Notes under the pieces: model-generated
Database searches by the model: none
Told to the model about the DNA's origin: nothing
Seen by the model: only the letters and a program-made list of their open reading frames with translations
Made by a program: the position numbers and the translations under genes
In this document: in pieces, positions 58,066 to 64,000 of the stretch
How the letters are laid out: each line of letters opens with the position of its first letter
How positions within the stretch are numbered: position 1 is the stretch's first letter
DNA from: Candidatus Multivoradales bacterium
Lineage (GTDB): Bacteria > Acidobacteriota > Thermoanaerobaculia > Multivoradales > J023
DNA: 64,000 bases
Assembly: GCA_965248925.1 (NCBI GenBank)
Contig: CBDFLE010000005.1
Span: 768,001 to 832,000 of the forward strand
Direction: 5' to 3'

Positions 58066-58488
58066 TCACACTGTCCGCGAAGTTCGGTAGACCGTGCCGC
58101 GAAACAGGGCGACGGTACTACCGGACTGGTTTTCCACCGCCACATCCCAGGTACCCAGCCTATGCCCAAGGGTGCGGGGTTCGGCGGTGGCGGTGAGCCG
58201 ATCGCCGGTGGTCACCTTTTCGGCATAGACGATGCTGTTCTCGGTACTGACACTGAGCCGGCCGCGGCTGTTCGAGGCAAAGGCGAAAGCGCTGTCAGCG
58301 AAGGCGAAGGTTACGCCGCCGTGGCAGATGCCAAAGCCGTTACACATTTCCTCGCGCACAGTCATCCGCAGGGTGCAGCGATCTCGTTCCACCTGCAGCA
58401 GCTCGATCCCCAACCAGCGGCTGAAGGCATCGTTGGCCAACATCTTGGCGACGCTGGCCTCGGCAACCTGCTGTGCGTTCTCAGGCAT
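58066..58488 (-). CDS. PaaI-type hotdog-fold thioesterase
   Basis: NGFGICHGGVTFAFADSAFAFASNS. Confidence 0.92.
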   Translation of the reverse strand: MPENAQQVAEASVAKMLANDAFSRWLGIELLQVERDRCTLRMTVREEMCNGFGICHGGVTFAFADSAFAFASNSRGRLSVSTENSIVYAEKVTTGDRLTATAEPRTLGHRLGTWDVAVENQSGSTVALFRGTVYRTSRTV

Positions 58489-58542
58489 CGCTTAGCCGGT
58501 CGGTCGCAGCGAGATAGCTCCGCGGCGGCGCCGGCCAGGCCA

Positions 58543-59712
58543 TCAGGAGCCGACTTCGCTGGTGATTCCGGCAGCATCGCGCAAGGCTGCGACTTTGTCA
58601 GTTTTTTCCCAGGTAAATCCGTCCTCGTCGCGGCCAAAGTGGCCATAGGCGGCGGTGCGCTGGAAGCGCGGCAGGCGTAGTTCCAAGTGTTCGATGATGC
58701 CCCGTGGAGTGAGCGGGAAGTGCTCGCGAATCAGCACTTCGATACGCCGGTCGTCGATCCGGCTGGTGCCCTGAGTCTCGACATGCACCGACACCGGGTC
58801 GACAACACCGATGGCGTAGGCCAGCTGCACGGTAGCGCGTTCGGCGAGGTCGGCGGCTACCACGTTCTTGGCGATGTAGCGGGCCATGTAACTGGCTGAG
58901 CGATCGACCTTGGTGGAGTCTTTGCCCGAAAAAGCACCGCCGCCATGGGGGGCACTGCCGCCATAGGTGTCGACGATGATCTTGCGACCGGTCAAGCCGC
59001 AATCACCCTCTGGACCACCGGTCACGAAACGGCCAGTAGGGTTGACGTGGAAGATGGTCTGCTGGTCGATCAGACCGCCGGCCAGGGTCGGGCGGATTAT
59101 CTTCTCGATCACCTGCCGTTCTATCTCATCCTGGCTCGCCTCGGGCCCGTGCTGGGTGGAAATCACCACCGTATGCACCCTCTTTGGCTGGTGGCCAGCG
59201 TACTCGACGGTGACCTGGCTTTTGCCGTCGGGCCGCAGCCAGCCGATCTCACCGCTCTTGCGAGCAGCGGCCAAGCGACGGGTCAAACGCTGCGCCAAGG
59301 TAATCGGCAACGGCATTAGCTCGTCGGTCTCGCGGCAAGCATAGCCAAACATCAACCCCTGGTCGCCAGCGCCACCCGGATCCACCCCTTGGGCGATGTC
59401 GGGAGACTGTGGATCGATGGTCGACAGCACGGCACAGCTCTTGCCATCGAGGCCGAAGGCGGAATCCGTGTAGCCGATCTCACAGGCCGTTCGCCGCACC
59501 ACTTTGGAGAAATCTATATACCCCTGGGTGCTGATTTCGCCAGCCAGCAACACCATGCCGGTGGTGACTAGAGTCTCGCAGGCGACGCGGCTGTTGGGGT
59601 CTTGGCGCAGGGCCTCGTCGAGTACCGCATCGGAGATTTGGTCGGCAATCTTGTCGGGATGACCCTCGGTGACCGACTCGGAAGTGAACAGATGAGTGTT
59701 GCTATCGGACAT
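58543..59712 (-). CDS. metK: S-adenosylmethionine synthetase
   Basis: [34 protein letters not shown]. Confidence 0.99.
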   Translation of the reverse strand: MSDSNTHLFTSESVTEGHPDKIADQISDAVLDEALRQDPNSRVACETLVTTGMVLLAGEISTQGYIDFSKVVRRTACEIGYTDSAFGLDGKSCAVLSTIDPQSPDIAQGVDPGGAGDQGLMFGYACRETDELMPLPITLAQRLTRRLAAARKSGEIGWLRPDGKSQVTVEYAGHQPKRVHTVVISTQHGPEASQDEIERQVIEKIIRPTLAGGLIDQQTIFHVNPTGRFVTGGPEGDCGLTGRKIIVDTYGGSAPHGGGAFSGKDSTKVDRSASYMARYIAKNVVAADLAERATVQLAYAIGVVDPVSVHVETQGTSRIDDRRIEVLIREHFPLTPRGIIEHLELRLPRFQRTAAYGHFGRDEDGFTWEKTDKVAALRDAAGITSEVGS

Positions 59713-59843
59713 CGGTCTGATTCCTCGGGCTCTTCTTTCGCGAACGAAGATGGGCAGATTGATCGGGGTGAAACTCGACGCCTTCGAGCAATACCTTGCG
59801 GCTTGCAGTCTCCACTAGCAAAACTCCACGGCGAAGCTCGCGG

Positions 59844-59873
59844 ATCGTACCAGACCGCCAAAAAGGGGGTCAA
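59844..59873 (-). promoter_or_regulatory. Putative metK promoter
   Basis: TTGACC-18 nt-TACGAT on the minus strand. Confidence 0.55.
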
Positions 59874-59883
59874 TGAACCATCA

Positions 59884-60513
59884 CTAGCGGAAGAGCTTCT
59901 TCTGCCCCTGGCGTTCTCGCATTTGCCTCGGCAAGCCCTCTCCAAGGCCCCACATGAGGGTAGCCAAAGCGCTCAGAGTCGAGAGCTCGGTCGTGCTGCG
60001 GCGATTCTCTAGACCACCGGTCAATGAACTCACCATGCCGCCGCTACGCCGAGTACCAGGCACCACGCAAGGAAAGTCGTCCGGGCCCAGACCGTGGATC
60101 AGAAGCTCGGGCAGTTGCAAAGAGCCGCTGGACCCCCAAGCCTGGTCGCCAAGCCCCAACACGACGGTCCAACAGCGGACGAAATGCCGCCGCTGCCCCG
60201 CTGCCTCGAAGCTCAGCAGTCCGGCTTCGCTTCCAACGTAGAAGTCGAAAGAGCCGCCGAGCTGTGCCTGCTCGGCGATAGCCCGGCCGTGGGCGAGCTG
60301 AAGGATTTCGGCATCGGTCATCGGCAGGGCGGTGCTACCCTCGTCCTGGGGACGCGCCTTCACCGACACCGGCACTGTCTTGCCCAAGCCGTCAGCAAAA
60401 TACCGCAAGAACCCATCGCGCACGCCAAGCAGCTTGTCGGCCACGGACGAAGCTACCGCGATGTCGACACCAGATTGGAATTGGCGCCAGAAATCCGTAA
60501 GATCCTTAGTCAT
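59884..60513 (-). CDS. YjjX/DUF84-like inosine/xanthosine triphosphatase family protein (divergent)
   Basis: IAVAS...K, VGSEAG, G.SGSLQLP, GMVSSLTGG..NR. Confidence 0.7.
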   Translation of the reverse strand: MTKDLTDFWRQFQSGVDIAVASSVADKLLGVRDGFLRYFADGLGKTVPVSVKARPQDEGSTALPMTDAEILQLAHGRAIAEQAQLGGSFDFYVGSEAGLLSFEAAGQRRHFVRCWTVVLGLGDQAWGSSGSLQLPELLIHGLGPDDFPCVVPGTRRSGGMVSSLTGGLENRRSTTELSTLSALATLMWGLGEGLPRQMRERQGQKKLFR

Positions 60514-61291
60514 GATTACCAGCAGAGATAACGAACGGGTGAAGGATATTCGCCGTGCCCGGGGAAGTAAAGCCGGCGCGGCTTTGCTCGAAGGGCCACA
60601 TCTGGTGTGCGCCGCCTTGGCCGCCGGCTTGGAGCTGCAATGCCTGTTGGCGACCGAGGATTTTATCGCCTCACCCGCCGGAGCTGAGTTGGCCGCCGCG
60701 CTGCCCCGCCCCGCCCTGCTGATCCATCCTCCATTGCTGCGGGAACTCACCGACAGCGGTACCCCCCGCGGCGTGGTGGCGGTCGTCCACCTCCCCCGCC
60801 CCGCGCTCGACCTGCTGCCGGCCGCCCCCGGCCTCTATGTCTACGCCGAGGGCTTGCAAGATCCCGGCAACCTGGGCGCCCTGGCCCGCAGTTGCGAGGC
60901 TGCTGGCGCTCAAGGCTTGGTGCTCGGTCCCGGCTGTGTCACGCTCACTCACCCGCGCGCCTTGCGCGGATCCGCCGGCAGCCTGCTGCGTCTGCCCCTG
61001 GCCCGCGCCACCGCCGGCGAGTTAGAGCATCACCTGAGCGCTCACCAACCCCAGTGGGCCGCCCTGGCCACGCGCGGCGGAGAAGACCTCTACGCCACCG
61101 AGCTGCCACCTACTCTGCTCCTCGCCCTGGGCGCCGAGGGTGCTGGTCTACCCGAGGACCTCGAACGCCGAGCGGAAAGCAAACTGACCATCCCCATCGC
61201 CACGCCGGTCGAGTCGCTCAACGCCACCGTGGCGGCAGCAGTCGTGATGTTCGAGTGGCGACGACGGCAGCTCGCCGGCCCCAGCGACTGA
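60512..61291 (+). CDS. TrmH/SpoU family RNA methyltransferase
   Basis: MITSRDNERVK, LQDPGNLGAL.R, LGAEGAGL, IPI...VESLNATVA. Confidence 0.95.
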   Translation: MITSRDNERVKDIRRARGSKAGAALLEGPHLVCAALAAGLELQCLLATEDFIASPAGAELAAALPRPALLIHPPLLRELTDSGTPRGVVAVVHLPRPALDLLPAAPGLYVYAEGLQDPGNLGALARSCEAAGAQGLVLGPGCVTLTHPRALRGSAGSLLRLPLARATAGELEHHLSAHQPQWAALATRGGEDLYATELPPTLLLALGAEGAGLPEDLERRAESKLTIPIATPVESLNATVAAAVVMFEWRRRQLAGPSD

Positions 61292-61426
61292 TTGCGCTCT
61301 GCGGCGCTCCTTGCCCACAGCCCCAAGACGGCAGTTTCGCCGGCAACGCCATCTAACCACTTATCGCGGGGCGCTACCGAATTACCCTCGCGATCAACAA
61401 CTGCCAGGCCCGATCAACGAGCCGAG

Positions 61427-61798
61427 CTAGCCGACTCCGGGTAGGCTATCGATAAGAGCCAACAGCTCATCGACGGCAAAGGGCTTCTCGATGGTCGCGG
61501 CGGCACCAAGTTCCATCCCCCGGGCTACTTCTTCCTCGCTGCCTTCGGTGGTGACCAACACCACTGGAGTCGTTCGCCTCTGAGGATCGCAAGCAAGCAC
61601 TTTGAGGAACTCAAGACCATCCATTCGCGGCATGTGAAGATCGAGCAGGATAAGATCGATCTGTGGATCCTCGGCGAGGCGTTCTAGGGCCTCGGCACCA
61701 TCGGGGGCGGTGACCACCTGCTCATCGTGCAACATAAATTCAAACATTCTGCGCATTAACTTCGAGTCGTCGACGACTAGAATCGTCCGTGGATGCAA
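61427..61798 (-). CDS. Single-domain response regulator (CheY-like)
   Basis: ILVVDDS, LLDLHMPRMDG, VTT, KPF; GGAGGT RBS before a TTG. Confidence 0.92.
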   Translation of the reverse strand: MHPRTILVVDDSKLMRRMFEFMLHDEQVVTAPDGAEALERLAEDPQIDLILLDLHMPRMDGLEFLKVLACDPQRRTTPVVLVTTEGSEEEVARGMELGAAATIEKPFAVDELLALIDSLPGVG

Positions 61799-61828
61799 AA
61801 TGCACCTCCCTTTGATAACAAGCAACAA

Positions 61829-62659
61829 TCATTCTACGAACCGTACCTGAAACATCCAAGGCCAATGCTTGCCAGTGATCCAGAAAGATTCACTACTCGG
61901 GTCCCAGGCGATGCCGTTGAGCACTTCGGCATGCCGAAGTTCGGCCGCGGTGAGCAGGCCGGAGGCGTCGATCACCGCGGTAATCGCGCCGCTGATAGGA
62001 TCAATTTCAACTATTTCGTCACGATACCAGAGGTTGGCATAGAGCCTGCCGTCGACGTATTCCAGCTCGTTGAGCTGGTTCTGTGGCCGCCCTTGCAAGG
62101 TGACTGGTAACTGGCTGAGCAAGGTGAAGTCGTCGACATCGCGAAAGCTCAGCAGATCGCTGCCGTCGCTCATCACCAGCTTTTCGCCGTCATGGGCTAG
62201 GCCCCAGCCCTCGCCACGATAGCTCAGCCGGTCAACCTCCGCCAAAGTCTCAAGATCACTGACCAGCAAGACACCAGACTTCCAAGTCAGTTGATAGAGA
62301 CGGCTACCGACCCGCGCCAAGCCCTCGGCGAAGAAATGTCGCGGCAGCTTGCGCCGCGCCAACACCTCGCCACTGGTCGGATCGCTGCGCCGTAGCTGAG
62401 AGAGTCCATAGTTGCCGCAGCTCTCTAACAACTGCCCCTGGTGCCACACCAAACCCTGAGTGTAGGCGTCGGAGGGATGCGGATACTTGGCGATGACCTC
62501 TAGATGTAGCCGCAGCGGCTCGACCACCGGGGTGGCAGCTGAGGGCTCTACCAAGTGCTCCCGCCCACTCACTTGCGCCGCAGCGTTGGCGACACTCTGG
62601 CCGCCGCAAGCGATGACTAGCAGCGCCAAGATTGCTGCCGGCAGCAAATATGCTCCCAT
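61829..62659 (-). CDS. Glutaminyl-peptide cyclotransferase (lipoprotein)
   Basis: YTQGL, FAEGL, QLTWK, EGWGL, SDGS, LNELE, NGIA, TGKHWP; lipobox VIAC. Confidence 0.93.
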   Translation of the reverse strand: MGAYLLPAAILALLVIACGGQSVANAAAQVSGREHLVEPSAATPVVEPLRLHLEVIAKYPHPSDAYTQGLVWHQGQLLESCGNYGLSQLRRSDPTSGEVLARRKLPRHFFAEGLARVGSRLYQLTWKSGVLLVSDLETLAEVDRLSYRGEGWGLAHDGEKLVMSDGSDLLSFRDVDDFTLLSQLPVTLQGRPQNQLNELEYVDGRLYANLWYRDEIVEIDPISGAITAVIDASGLLTAAELRHAEVLNGIAWDPSSESFWITGKHWPWMFQVRFVE

Positions 62660-64000
62660 CAGCCCTGCTGCTCCCGACGACCCGTGGCTAAACGCCAGAA
62701 GCCGAAGATCAAGCCGGCGAACACCAACGCCCCGAACCCGTAGCTAAAAGTCCCCGCCCAGGAGCTTCCCAAGCCCGCCCAAGCCCTACCCGAGACCCCC
62801 GCCGCGACGGCGATCAAGACTCCCAACAGACCTTCTCCTCCGACCAAGCCCGAGCCAAAGAGCACCCCGCGCTCGCGCCGCGCGGTCCGCTCGTCGTCAT
62901 CCGTGGCAGTCGACTCCGCGAATTTCCGCAACAAGCCACCGAGATAGACCGGCACCATCGTCGCCACCGGCAAGTAGACACCGACCGCAAACGGCAGGCT
63001 CGGAATCCCCAACAGTTCGACGATCAACGCCAAGGCGATGCCGATGCCGACCAACCCCCAGGGCAGATTCGCCTCGAGCACACCTTCGATCACTACTTTC
63101 ATCAGCGTCGCCTGCGGCGCTGGCAGGTCGATACCGCCAAAGCCATAGACCTTGTCGAGGGTGATAACCGTCATGCAGACCGCGGCGGCGCTGCTCAACA
63201 CCCCCACTAACTCGCCAATCTGCTGTCGCCTGGGAGTCGCTCCAAGCAAGAACCCGGTCTTCAGGTCCTGCGAGGTATCGCCCGCAATCGAAGCGGCAAT
63301 CGCCACCACACAGCCGATGGTCAGCGCCGCTACCTTGCCGGTGTCACCGGTCCAACCGAGCAGCAGAAAGATCGACGAGGTGGCCAACAACGTAGCAATG
63401 GTCATGCCGCTGGTGGGATTGGAAGTCACTCCTACCAGTCCAACGATGCGCGAAGACACGGTGACGAAGAAGAAAGCAAAGATCACCACCAACACCGCCG
63501 CCAAGGCACGACCGAGCAGATTGTCGATGCTCGAGAAAATCAACGGCACCAGAGCCAACACCAGAGCAATCAGCACCGCCCCCACTCCAACCACCGACAG
63601 CGGCAGATCGGTCTCCGTCCGTGGCAGCTCCTCGGCCGCCTCTCCGCGCAGCCGAGAACGCAACTGCTGGCCGCCGATCTTGAAACTCTCGATCATCATC
63701 GGCAGGCTCTTGAGCAAGGTCAGTAGGCCAGCGCAGGCTACTGCTCCAGCGCCGATGTAGCGCACATAGCGGGTCCAGATGATCTTCGGAGCCATGTCTC
63801 CGATCAACAGCTCGGTTTCGGGAAAAAGAGGCATGGGGCGCCCTTCGCCGAACACCGCGATGGCTGGAATCAGCACCAGCCATGAGAGCAATCCGCCGCC
63901 GACCATGATTGCCGCGGTGCGCGGCCCGAGGATGTAGCCAACGCCGAGTAAGGCGGCCGAGATCTCGGTCGAGAGCTGCCCCTTCTTGAGCAAGGGCAGG
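62659..64000 (-). CDS. OPT family oligopeptide transporter, C-terminal part (5' end outside the window)
   Basis: SNPTSGMTIATL, AGDTSQDLKTGFLLGATPRRQQ, APQATLM, FAVGVYLP, SGLVGGE. Confidence 0.93.
   Translation of the reverse strand, partial: LPLLKKGQLSTEISAALLGVGYILGPRTAAIMVGGGLLSWLVLIPAIAVFGEGRPMPLFPETELLIGDMAPKIIWTRYVRYIGAGAVACAGLLTLLKSLPMMIESFKIGGQQLRSRLRGEAAEELPRTETDLPLSVVGVGAVLIALVLALVPLIFSSIDNLLGRALAAVLVVIFAFFFVTVSSRIVGLVGVTSNPTSGMTIATLLATSSIFLLLGWTGDTGKVAALTIGCVVAIAASIAGDTSQDLKTGFLLGATPRRQQIGELVGVLSSAAAVCMTVITLDKVYGFGGIDLPAPQATLMKVVIEGVLEANLPWGLVGIGIALALIVELLGIPSLPFAVGVYLPVATMVPVYLGGLLRKFAESTATDDDERTARRERGVLFGSGLVGGEGLLGVLIAVAAGVSGRAWAGLGSSWAGTFSYGFGALVFAGLIFGFWRLATGRREQQG

Noticed and set aside
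59713-59843. SAM riboswitch in the metK leader
   Set aside because: The leader is long enough, but I could not match the SAM-I core (ATC..GAG, GCAAC, closing GAT) or SAM-II. An Rfam cmscan would settle it.

Overview
High-GC bacterial chromosomal DNA made up almost entirely of core genes. The fused LptF-LptG, long LptC/LptA-type protein, CarD and rpoN-hpf-ptsN-hprK-rapZ-EIIA(Man)-HPr-EI cluster suggest Acidobacteriota (inference). Left to right: glycosyltransferases and a USP-DUF389 protein, mutS, ssb, dtd, HU, a broken MshEN-type gene, TPR-dnaB-radA, purC, an unannotated divergent class III nucleotide cyclase, oppDF-tolC, a large secreted repeat-containing nuclease, a small islet at tRNA-Leu(CAA), carD, priA, accA-recJ-lpt-rpoN-PTS, miaB, a DUF151 nuclease, parAB, lptFG, and metK with its neighbours. 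The strongest lead is at 50.0-51.9 kb. A complete ParA/ParB pair has a non-canonical ParB recognition helix, a perfect 18-bp non-parS palindrome upstream (ATGTCGGCGCGCCGACAT), and a clear Xer dif site 47 bp downstream (GAGTCTGATAA-GATACA-TTATGTCAACT). Gene orientation flips around this point, so it may be a terminus-located partition system rather than the usual origin-linked parABS. All calls are by eye from motifs; no searches were run.
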